DNA from: Octopus vulgaris
Lineage: Eukaryota
NCBI GenBank assembly: GCA_951406725.2
Contig: OX597814.1
Coordinates: 142,600,001-142,664,000, forward strand
DNA length: 64,000 nucleotides
Direction: 5' to 3'
The notes beneath the pieces are model-generated. The model saw only the letters and a program-made list of their open reading frames with translations, did no database searches and was not told the DNA's origin. Below are positions 14,249-26,086 of this stretch, in pieces (the first letter of the stretch is position 1; each line of letters begins with the position of its first letter). Both the position numbers and the translations under genes were made by a program.

Positions 14249-14632
14249 TGTAAAATTAGATAAACTTAGATATGTTTCGACCAGAGATTGGTCCAGGCCA
14301 TGTCTAACTTAATAACACCACCTGATAGGATTATTCGAATTCTGTTTATGTCAAGTTTTGTTCAAGTAGTGAGTTCTTGTTGGGTGAGTTGTATCCAGTT
14401 TTGTTCAAGTAGTGAGTTCTTGTTGGGTGAGTTGTATCCAATTATGGGTGGCTTATCTGGTATTCTTTGAAGGAATCTATCCAGACTCTGTTTGAAGTCG
14501 ATGGGATCCTTTTCCTCTTTGATCTCACTCGGGACAATGTTAAATAGGGCAGGGCCTGTTGAGGAAAAGAAATTATGTTGCAGTGTACATGTATGTTGTG
14601 ATCTTGAATTTGGCAGGGGACGTATATATATA
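14249..14632 (-). mobile_element. CR1-like LINE 3' fragment (second family) with a 43-bp tandem duplication
   Basis: HNFFSSTGPALFNIVPSEIK...FKQSLDRFLQRIPDKP. The duplicated unit lies at 14355-14397 and 14398-14440. Confidence 0.78.
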
Positions 14633-15014
14633 GGAGCACTCCGTCGGTTGCGACGATGAGGGTCCCAGCTGATACGATCAACGTAACAGCTTGCTCGTGA
14701 TATTAACATGCAAGTGGCTGAGCACTCCACAGACACGTGTACCCTTAACGTAGTTCTCGAGGAGATTCAGCGTGACACACAGAATGTGACAAGGCTGGCC
14801 CTTTGAAATACAGGTACAAGAGAAACAGGAAGAAAGAGCGAGAGAAAGTTGTGGTAAAAGAGTACAGCAGGGTTCACCACCACATCCTGCCGGAGCCTCG
14901 TGGAGCTTTAGGTGTTTTCGCTCAATAAGCACTCACAATGCCCGGTCTGGGAATCGAAACCGCGAGCCTCCGACCGCGAGTCCGCTGCCCTAACCACTGG
15001 GCCATTGCGCCTCC
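14633..15014 (-). mobile_element. tRNA-derived SINE, full length (related copies at 13717-13945 + and 15858-16177 -)
   Basis: Head GGAGGCGCAATGGCCCAGTGGTTAGGG...GGTTTCGATTCC with A and B boxes. Confidence 0.85.
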
Positions 15015-15310
15015 GCAGTTAATAATAAACAATTATTAACTTCCCAATCTGCATTTTCTTTTTCTTTTTATATATGTATATGTGTGTGTGTGTGTACATA
15101 TACATATGCATTAATCCAGACACGATCTTTTTCTCACCGTCTTTTTCCCTTTCTCCATCTGTTTTCTCTCCTCATTCCTTTCTATAGAAGAGGGTGGGCT
15201 TGAAATATCAAAGACTTTTTCATTATTCCTGAACGTCGAATACACCTTGTTTGTTGTTCTCTCACCATCTCTGTCTTTTGTTGGAGTTTTTTCTGTACAA
15301 TTTTTTTAAC

Positions 15311-15386
<76 letters not shown>

Positions 15387-15430
15387 TGTGCGTGTGTGTG
15401 TGTGTGTGTGCGTGTGTGTGTGTGTGTACA

Positions 15431-16406
15431 CAGTTGAAAATCCTTCATTTAAAATCCCAGTATCCGAAAACCTAAAAGAATTCCGAAAGTTTTTTTTTTC
15501 TTTTTAACGCCACAAATGGAGAATTCCTTAAAGTGCTCGGAAGATTCCACCAGACACAGTTGTCGTGTGCCGTTATGATATGTGATATGTGGCCTCACCT
15601 ACCCCGGCTGGGGCTTCACCAGCTTATGTGAGTTGGCTGCTTAGCAACAGCTTGTCAGCGCTCGTTGTCGCTACTCATTGTAATTGCCGCCTGTTTCGTA
15701 TTCTTGTTGAAAATGTCGAAAAGATGATATCGAAGAAGTTTTTAACATCGATAATGTTTAGTCAATGCTCAATAGTGAAATACTTGAAATGATTTTGAAT
15801 CAAGGTGATCCTGGTGATAATTGTGACGATAGAGATGACACTGTGATTTCAGTAGAACATTAGCACTCCGTCGGTTACGACGACAGGGGTTCCAGCTGAT
15901 CTGATCAACGGAACAGCTTTTTCTTGAAATTAACATGCCTTCCACAGACATGCGTAACCTTAACGCAGCTCCCAGGGAGATTCAGCGTGATACAGAATGT
16001 GTCAAGGCCGGCCTTTTGAATTACAGGTACAATTCATTTTTGCTAGCTAGGTGGCCTGGAACAATGTGAAAGAAAATATCTTGTTCAAGGATGCACCGTA
16101 CCGCTGGGAATCGAACTCACAGCCTTAGGGTCGTAAACAGAATACTCCCACAACTAAGCCACGCGCTTTCACGCACGGTAGAAAAGATGTCCAAAGGTTA
16201 TAAGGCGAAAATATGTGCTGAACTTATTGAAATATTAAAGCAGCGGGTACTCATAACAGAAGAAACCTTGTCAGAATATAAAATCAATGGAGAGACCACT
16301 ACGACGAAAACTTTTGTTAATGAGGCAGACGACACTGCAATGATACTAGCGTTCTTGTTGCGTTGCAAAATTAATGCTGACATTTTCTTTCATTACATAA
16401 GTTTAC

Positions 16407-16479
<73 letters not shown>

Positions 16480-16556
16480 CATTATTATTATTATCATCAT
16501 CATTATTATTATTATCATCATCATCATTATTATTATTATTATTATTATCATTATTA

Positions 16557-16607
<51 letters not shown>

Positions 16608-17075
16608 TCGCACAGTAAACACAAAATGCTATTTTTACATTAGATCTCAATTTCACTTCCATGTAAACATGACTAGCATGATTACTGTGTACGTTACTTT
16701 AAAAATAAAATGCTGACATTTTTTTGAGTTTTCATTTCATTTACCTGTAATCATGTTCGATGCTTTGCTTTTTATACCTTACATAAAACTTAATATTTGC
16801 ACAGTAAAAAATAAAATTGAAATAGTATACGTGTACTGTAACCTTTTAATCAAAACATGACATCATGGGTGGCGACTGATATCTTACCTTCCTGGTGGTT
16901 CTATGTATAAAGATTATTTAAAATTTACATTAACTATATTCAGGTTATATGTATAAGCTATATCATGAGATATAAATGGATATTAAGTTTGGACATGGGC
17001 ACCATACCTATCCGGAAAAAATTGAAATTCACCAGACATTTGGTTCATGAAGTTCGGATGAGGACTTCACAACTG
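15431..17075 (+). mobile_element. Tigger/pogo DNA transposon fossil, internally deleted, with nested SINE and (ATT)n tract
   Basis: CAGTTG...CAACTG termini. Transposase C-terminus DDIEEVFNIDN...EILEMILNQGD...VE|KMS...ELIEILKQRVLITEE continues in frame across the SINE (TSD gtagaa at 15852 and 16178). Confidence 0.8.
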
Positions 17076-17511
17076 TGTGTGGGTGTGGATGTGTGTGCGT
17101 GTGTGTGTGTAACCCACGCAGTTAGCTGAGTGGTAAGAAACTTGCTTCCCAACCACATGGTTCCGAGTTCAATCCCACTGCGTGACACCTTGGGCAGGTG
17201 TCTTCTATAACTTCGGGCCGAGCAAAATCTTGTGAATGGATTTAGTAGACGGAAACTGAACGAAGCTCATCGTATGTGTGTGTGTGTGTATACATCTATG
17301 AGTGTGTGTCTTTGCGTCTGTGTTTGCCCCCTACTACCGTTTAACAAACGGTGTTGGTGTGTTTACGCCCCGTAACTCAGTAGTTCGGCAAAGAAACTGA
17401 TAGAATAAGAATTAAGGTTTAAAAAATAAGTGCTGAGATTGATTTGTTCGAACTAAAACCCTTCAAGACCGTATCCCAGCATGGCCGCAGTCAAATGACT
17501 GAAACAAATAA

Positions 17512-17884
17512 GATTGCTTACCAGCCACATGGTTCCGGGTTCAGTCCCACTGCGTGGCACCTTGGGCAAGTGTCTTCTACTATAGCCTCGGGCCGACCAA
17601 TGCCTTGTGAGTGGATTTGGTAGACGGAAACTGAAAGAAGCCTGTCGTATATATATATATATGTATATGTGTGTTTGTGTGTCTGTGTTTGTCCCCCTAG
17701 CATTGTTTGACAACCGATGCTGGTGTGTTTACGTCCCCGTCACTTAGCGGTTCGGCAAAGAGACCGATAGAATAAGTACTGGGCTTACAAAGAATAAGTC
17801 CCGGGGTCGATTTGCTCGACTAAAGGCGGTGCTCCAGCATGGCCGCAGTCAAATGACTGAAACAAGTAAAAGAGTAAAAGAAAG
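17512..17884 (+). mobile_element. SINE family A copy, 5'-truncated, abutting the tail of an older copy (17115-17510)
   Basis: High identity to the reverse complement of 25260-25693. Confidence 0.9.
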
Positions 17885-19354
17885 ATATATATATATGTGT
17901 GTAATTTAGATTCAGATGAGTATGGTACTTAAGTTGAGGCACCAGAATTTAGTATGGTATTATCCATACAATTTCAAAATAAGGTGATTAAAATCAAAAT
18001 AAGCAACAAGGATATCGAACTATAAGTAATTTTTTTATTTAAGAAATATTATTGTATTCTATATAACTATTGATTGTTAAATTTGAATTTATAATTTTTT
18101 TATTTGTTAATGATAATTTAGATATATACATTTATTTAATTATTATTAGTATATAATTATTATATCTAAACGTAAATTTTAAGATATTAGTTAGTCACTT
18201 TGCGATATAGATCGTAAAAATGTTTTTAATAATAGTGATATTAATAGTGATGATAATAGTAATAATAAGTATTTTATAAAGATAGGTTATACGTTTTTAA
18301 TTTGAATTTTTCATTTCTTAAATTGTATTTCATAAATATTTTCTATAGATATCTATAATATTTATGTAATTAATAATGGACTAATTTATTTTTGGTTGTA
18401 TGTTTATTCGGTTATTGATAGAAAAAATTTTAGATTTTTCATTACTATATTTGTTGATTATTATTTAGATACTTATTTTTATGTATTTATTATTTTATAA
18501 TTATTATATGCGAACTAAAATCTAAAGATATTAATAGTGATTATTTTGTTAAATAATTTGGTAATTAAATATTGGAGGACAATTGAGTTAAAGATATTCG
18601 ATAGTTTATTATAATGTTTTTTTAAGCTAAATTATATCTTTACAGATAAATACATATTTCTATCTATTTACTCTTTTTTTACCTTAATATTAAATATTTA
18701 ACATGATAAATATGTCGTAGGAAATAATCCTAATGTTTTAAGTTTCAAATTTAGTTAATGGAGTTTTTTCTATAAGAAAAATTATTATTTTAGTTATTTT
18801 TTAACTAAACATTGTTTAACACTATTTGCTTATTTATTTAACTATTATTATTAACCTGAAGATTGACTATAATTTTAAATTGAATTTATTTCAATTAAAT
18901 TTAAATTTAATTGTAATTCGAATTTAATTGTAGCCATGTAACGTACTTAATTTTTTTTACTTATTATATATTGATTATTCATTTTTATCCTTTTTGAGAT
19001 CTAGTAATGTTTTATAAAAATATTTATTATTTATTATTTATGTTTTGGTTTACGTCTATCACTGTTTGAGTTGCATTATAGTGGTTTTATCCCTAATTTA
19101 TATCTTATATATATTAATGTGTGTTATTATGTCAGGGTATATAATAAAAACAATTTTACATTAAGCTGAAGGATTACTCAATACGTTTGGTAGAGTACAA
19201 ATTATTGTTTTATTAACAAGAATAATATTCTTGTTAAAGGATAACAAGTGGCTGTGTGGTAAGTACATGGTTCCGGGTTCAGTGTCTTCTGCTATAGTCT
19301 CGGGCCAACCAAAGCCTTGTGGATTTGGTAGACGGAAACTGAAAGAAACCCATC

Positions 19355-19420
<66 letters not shown>

Positions 19421-19461
19421 ATATATATATATACATATATACGTATATACGTATATATATT

Positions 19462-19494
<33 letters not shown>

Positions 19495-20971
19495 GTATGC
19501 ATGTATGTATGTATGTATGTATGTATGTATGTATGTATGTATGTATGTATGTATGTATGTATGTATGTATGTATGTATGTATGTGTGTTTCTGTGTCAGT
19601 GTTTTTTCTCCTAACCATCGCTTGACAACCGATACTGGTGTGCTTACGTCCCCGTAACTTAGCGGTTCGGCAGAAAAGACCGATAGAATAAGTACTAGGC
19701 TTACAAAGTATAAGTCTTAAGGTCGATTTACTCGACTAAAAGGCGGTGCTCCAGCATGCCGCAGTCAAATGACTAAAACAAATAAAAGAATATATATATA
19801 CAAACATAAGGAAAGCAGAAAATAGGAATTGATGAATAACAATTGATTTACATAAATCATCATTTATTAATTAATTACAAAAGGACAAAATCTCAACTTA
19901 CAGCTGTTTCCTTTAGTGTGCTTCTCAGTTTTAACCACCACAATAATAATAAAAAATAGTTATCATTGTAAGTAATTAGTTATACCAAATTGAATCACAG
20001 AACCTCTTCAGAGCGGAAAAGTAAATAAAGTATAGGTAAAAAGAAAAAGAAGAAAAGTGGGAATGTGAGAATGGTGTTAAGCAACCGATGCTACAACTCA
20101 CTGTGAAACATTCGACCGACTAGAATTTAGAAATCGAATAAAGGGTAGTTATAATATTTAGAGGTACATTCCTATATACGGGAGGAAAGCGTTGGTTAAA
20201 TATATAATAACTAAACGAGCAATTTGGTTAAGTTAAAAAATGAAGAAGAAATGTTTCCCTCTCGAGCCATGCCAGGCTCTTAAGGGCCGGTTTCTCGGTT
20301 TCAGTGGTGTATAAATTCCCTATCTGGACGGGACGCCGATCCATCGCAGGGTTATTCATTTTTGCCAGCTGACGGGACTGGTGCAACGTGAAATGAAGTG
20401 CTCTCAAGAATATGCTCAAGAACTCAACACATCGCCCGGTCCAGGAATCGAAACCACAATCTTACGATCGTGAATCCAACACCTTAACCATCAAGCCACA
20501 CGCTTCCTCTTATATTTACATGATTTATATATATTTATTTGATGTATCTTTAATATAATCTGTATAGTATATTACCGTGTGTGGCTTTGTATATGGATGA
20601 GTTTGTATGGTCTTTGATCTCTTTAGAGTCTTTGTATATATACTATAATTTCAGTTTTTTTCTTTTATATTTTATATAGTTATATTTATATTTTGTATTT
20701 TCTTCGTAGTTTTCATGTCCACTCACGCATTTATAGTTTTTTTCAAATCATATTTTAATATATTTCAATATAATTTTAATATACCTTTTAATATTTTTTT
20801 TATTTATAATTTTTATTTATTTAATTCTTGATTTAATTTTTTTCTTTTTTTGTGTTTTATCATTTATTCACCCATCTTGGTGGGATCTTGCATTAGGTAC
20901 GTTTTGCTTTCATATCGCTTCACACCTGTCCTCTGTTTAAACGTAAACCTCTTCGTTGCATACTTCAATCA

Positions 20972-21015
20972 GCGCCTGATGAACGTACTTATGTATGTGA
21001 AACTATCAGTAGCGC
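20972..21015 (+). ncRNA. Type I hammerhead ribozyme motif, intact core
   Basis: GCGC-CTGATGA-ACGTAC(TTAT)GTATGT-GAAA-CT(ATC)AG-TA-GCGC. Stems I, II and III all pair; cleavage triplet GUA at 21009-21011. Confidence 0.8.
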
Positions 21016-21124
21016 GTATAATGCATGTAGGATGAAACATTTATATATATATATATATAGTATGTAATATACATACACACTCACACACACACACACACAC
21101 ACACACTTTTATTTTTCAATATGT

Positions 21125-21320
21125 GACCGCGTGTGTATCGTTGGCGATTTTCTTTCTCCGTCTTCCCTTCCTTGGACTTTTCCTTTTTTTCTATATTTCT
21201 GACGAAGAGCTCCGCTCGAAACGTTAAATACTCCTTTCTCGGCTTTCCCGAGCGTCCAATAACACTATACTTGTTCCACGTCCTCGCGTTATTGTTCTTT
21301 CTCTTTGTTCATGTTTGGAT

Positions 21321-21323
<3 letters not shown>
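21125..21323 (+). mobile_element. PLE pseudo-LTR-like repeat with minimal hammerhead (21194-21230)
   Basis: TATTT-CTGACGA-A-GAGC(TCC)GCTC-GAAA-CG-TT-AAATA. Ends in GGATTAAC followed by (TA)n; same family as the copies at 35365 and 45738. Confidence 0.75.
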
Positions 21324-21405
<82 letters not shown>

Positions 21406-21497
21406 AACCGAGAGTACAGGCGAAGCACAATATAATTTGCCGGGTTCACAGTAATCAAGATTTATCCACCCACTCACTCACCCCTTTCTCCCTCACC

Positions 21498-21534
<37 letters not shown>

Positions 21535-21543
21535 TCTGTATAT

Positions 21544-21664
<121 letters not shown>

Positions 21665-21907
21665 AAACTATATTCTGTATATATATATATATATGGTGAG
21701 GGAGAGAGGGATGAGTGAGTGGGTGGATAAATCTTGATTACTGTGAATCCGGCAAATTATATTGTGTTTCGTCTGGACTCTCGGTTTTTCAATTAAATAT
21801 CACGATTCTCAGACTTCAGATTTCTTACTTTGAGTCTCTTCATCCTCTGAACGTGTCATCTCCGAAAATGCATGCGTGCATATATGTATGTATGTATGTA
21901 TACATGC

Positions 21908-21940
<33 letters not shown>

Positions 21941-23243
21941 TGTATGTATGTATGTATGTATGTACGTGTTGTCTTTGCCGGCGGTGGATTATTATTCAGT
22001 TAGAATAAGCTACAAGTGGCGAAACTTGAAGTCACTGACAGCTTATAAATTGTGTGTGCGCATGCGCGTGTGTGTGTTTGTGTGTGTTTCAAATCACACT
22101 TAAAATGTTTTTCTTTACAAAGAATCCATTATCGGGCTCCATAAATATGAATTTACAAAGCGTTGTAATTATTATATAAACCGATTACAGACGATTCGGT
22201 GTAATGTCTATACCATGTATTGTTTGTATTCCATTTATCTATAAAATAATTGCATAGATACTTATATACACATGCAGACGCCGACATTTATTCACACACA
22301 CACACATATACACAGATACATACATGCGTACATACATACATACATACATACATACATACATACATACATACATACATACATACATAATACATACATTCTT
22401 GCACACACACATATACATAGATACATACATACATTCTTGCATACATATACTATCATACATATTTGTATGTAGGTAGATATATATATATATATATACGTAA
22501 ATGTATGTATATAAGTTTGTATGTATGTATGTATGTATGTATGTATGTATGTATGTATGTATGTATGTATGTATGAATGTATGTATGTATATGTGTGTGC
22601 ATGCACATTTTCCTTTTCATCCTTTCTTCTTGGGTCTCTACCCTCCTTCCCCCACCACACTCACAACCTTCCCCCTCACTCTCTCTAATCCACCTCTTCC
22701 TCTCTCCCTCAACCCACACCTCATGCTCTCTACTCCACCTCCTCCTCTCTACCTCTCTACTCCACCTCCTCCTCTCTACCTCTCTACTTCACCTCCTCTT
22801 CTCTAAACCACCTCCTACTCTCTCTACTCCTACTTCCTCTCTCTATTTTACCTCCTCCTATCCTTATCCAGTCTCCTTTCCTTATCCAGGGTAAAAAAAA
22901 AAAAGACCTATCGTCTGTTTTATACAGTAAACAAGAGCTATTTAGTAATAACATGTATTTCAACTCCATACTGTTTACCAATTTCCTTCGTCACAACATC
23001 ACGATAACTAAAGCTATTCATTGAGGTTTTTTTCTTTACAGCTGTCGTATTGTTTTATTTCTTTCATCGCAACGAATTCTCGTCAACACAGGCAAATACC
23101 ACAACCGCCACGAACATACTACGCTACACCACACCATCTTTACCACCACCATTACCACCGTTACCATCATCACCACTACCACCACAATATTACCACCACC
23201 ATCAGTACCACCAGTAACTTCAAACATCTCTAAACACCAATGT

Positions 23244-23361
<118 letters not shown>

Positions 23362-23574
23362 GCTACTACTTATAACCACTGCAAATCTATCAGAAAGTTT
23401 TATTGCAAACCTATACAAGCCGTAGCTGTGTGGTAAGAAGCTTGCTTCTCAAACACACGGATCAGGGTTCAGTCCCACTGAGTGGGACCTTGGGCAAATG
23501 TCTTCTACTGTAGCCTCAGGCCGTCCAAAGCCTTGTGACTGGATCTGGTAAACGGAAACTGAATGAAGCCTGTC

Positions 23575-23615
<41 letters not shown>

Positions 23616-24241
23616 TGCAGGAGTGGCTGTGCGGAAAGTAGCTTGCTTACCAACTTCGTGGTTCCGAGTTCAGCCTTGTGAGTGGATTTGGTTGGCGAAA
23701 ACTGAAAGAAGTATAAAACTAGCTTTGAAACATTGAATGGCTAACGGGCACCACCAGGATAGATTAGTAATCAAAGGGGTCCATAGGTGGAAAATGGTTG
23801 AGAACCACTTCTCTAATAGTCACTAGACTTGCTAGGAATAACAGCTAGTTCTTCCTATAACCACACACGTTCCATCTTAGGAAGGAGTCTTAATGTAATC
23901 CAATAATACACCATTCCTGGCATCTTGGAATATACAAGCTATTTGATCTCAAGTTTAATCAATTAAAGCCTGTCACATGCATACACACATATCTATTGTT
24001 GACGTCATAACAATTTATTAACTACAAGAGAGCGTGAAATAATTCTTTTTAAGGAACGGTGTATCCTGAAGCGGATAAAACTATAAAAACAAAAACGTGT
24101 AGATATTGGGATAGAAAAATCAAAAAGCTGAACGTGAGACTCTAACCCACATCCCTTGTAAGTATGAGGCCGAAACAACGCTTCGAATTTTTCCAACTAC
24201 TTTAGAATCTTTATCCTTACAAATGAGGATAAGAATTTATA

Positions 24242-25480
24242 ATGGTTTGGCAAGAAGGTAATTTCGTTTTCCGCAAATAGATTGAATAACGATTTTTTAA
24301 ATGACTTTTGTCAATGTTATGATTTTTTTTTTCCTTTTAGAATTTAAAAGCGATTACTTTTAGCTTACTTTGGAAGCAAATTGCGTGTAATTTTGCTTAT
24401 AGCTGTTAATTCAGTTTTACATGAAGTGCAAAATGAACATTTTCGCTATATTTTGCTTTATTTTATTTCCGTAAAGGTAAGAAAGCTGCTGAGGATCACA
24501 AAGAGATGTTTATGGTGTTAATTGCCTAACAGAATACACAAGTCAGAAATGGTTTTAAAAATTCCGTTCTGAAGATTTTTCACTCAAAGATGACCAACGT
24601 TCTGGGCGACCTACAGAAGTTGATGATGACCGAATAAAAATTATAATTGAATCTGATTGCCATATAACTGTGTGAGAGATTGCGGGAGGTAAATGTATCA
24701 CACACACAGCAATTGAAAATCATTTAACATGTCTTGGACTCGTTAAGAAGCACGATATTTGGGTTCCACATAAACTGAAAGCGATTCACTTAACACAATG
24801 AATCAGTATTTGAGATATGCATCTCAAACGCAATGAAATTGCCCTTTTTTTAATGAATCATCACTGGTGATGAAAAATGGATTGTCTACAATAACATCAA
24901 TCGAAAACGATCATAGTACAAGTGTAATGAACGAGCACAAACCACATCGAATGTTGAACTGCATCAAAAAAGGTGTCATACTATCAATTTGATGGGATTA
25001 CAAAAGTGTTGTGAATTTTGAGCTGCTTCCAAGGAACCAAACAATCAATTCAGATGTTTACTGTCAACAACTAATGAAACTGGAGGAAGCATTCAAAGAA
25101 AAACGGTCAAAATTAGCAAATCGTAATGGAATGCTCCACCATGACAACGCTTGACCACACACGCCTTTGCTAACTCGTGAAAATTTTATTGGAGCTTGGT
25201 TGAGAAGTGATGGCACATCCACCATATAGCCATGACCGTGCCCATCAGGTTACCATTTACTCTTTTTACTCTCTTTTACTCTTTTACTTGTTTCAGTCAT
25301 TTGACTGCGGCCATGCTGGAGCACCGCCTTTAATCGAGCAACTCGACCCCGGGACTTATTCTTTTGTAAGCCCAGTACTTATTCTATCGGTCTCTTTTGC
25401 CGAACCGCTAAGTAACGGGGACATAAACACACCAGCATTGGTTGTCAAGCAATGCTAGGGGGACAAACACAGACACACAA

Positions 25481-25527
<47 letters not shown>

Positions 25528-25956
25528 TACGACGGGCTTCTTTCAGTTTCCATCTACCAAATCCACTCACAAGGCTTTGGTCGGCCCGAGGCTATAGTAG
25601 AAGACACTTGCCCAAGGTGCCACGCAGTAGGACTGAACCCGGAACCATGTGGTTGGTAAACAAGCTACTTACCACACAGCCACTCCTGCGCCTATTTATT
25701 TTGAAGTTTGCAAAATTCTTTGAGTGGTAAAACTTTCAATAATGATGATGACCTGAAATCACACTTACTTCAGTCTTTGGCTAATAAGGACCTGAAGTTC
25801 TATGAGCGCAGCAGAATCATGAAGTTGCCAGAAAGATGGCTAAGGGTCATCGAACAAAATGGAAAATATATAATTGATTAAAGTGCATTCTTTGTACGAA
25901 GAAAAATGACTTTTATTTCATACTGAAACACCGAAATTACTTTCTTGCCAACCCAG
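24242..25956 (+). mobile_element. Full-length mariner fossil (mellifera/cecropia-like TIRs) interrupted by a SINE
   Basis: TA flanks and imperfect TIRs (atggtttggcaagaaggtaatttcg / ctgggttggcaagaaagtaatttcg). Broken transposase with RSGRP, WVPH, ITGDEKW, HDNA, HPPYS..APS.YHL and KLPERW..VIEQNGKYI. Confidence 0.93.
25260..25693 (-). mobile_element. SINE family A, young full-length copy (TSD attta) inside the mariner
   Basis: tRNA-like head, CCTTGGGCAAGT core, central (TA)/(TG) tract, (AGTAAAAG)n tail. Other copies at ~17115, 17512, 19247, 23415, 32731, 41055, 41543, 42712, 49103, 49580, 50245, 51799, 58105, 59910 and 60320. Confidence 0.9.
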
Positions 25957-26086
25957 TAAACTTTCAAGAGAACGGGAATTAATTATTTTTTTGGAGCGAT
26001 GAATCTCGAAGTAAATAAAGCTATAAGAAATATATATTTATGTATACATATGTATTATGTGTGTATGTGTGTACGTATGCATATCA

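Noticed and set aside
16091-16618. 175-aa ORF with a protein-like middle
   Set aside because: It is a chimera of a SINE end, a Tigger transposase remnant and (ATT)n, not a host gene.
16888-16900. Possible 13-nt minus-strand microexon with a GTAAGA donor
   Set aside because: It lies within the Tigger fossil and has a weak acceptor.
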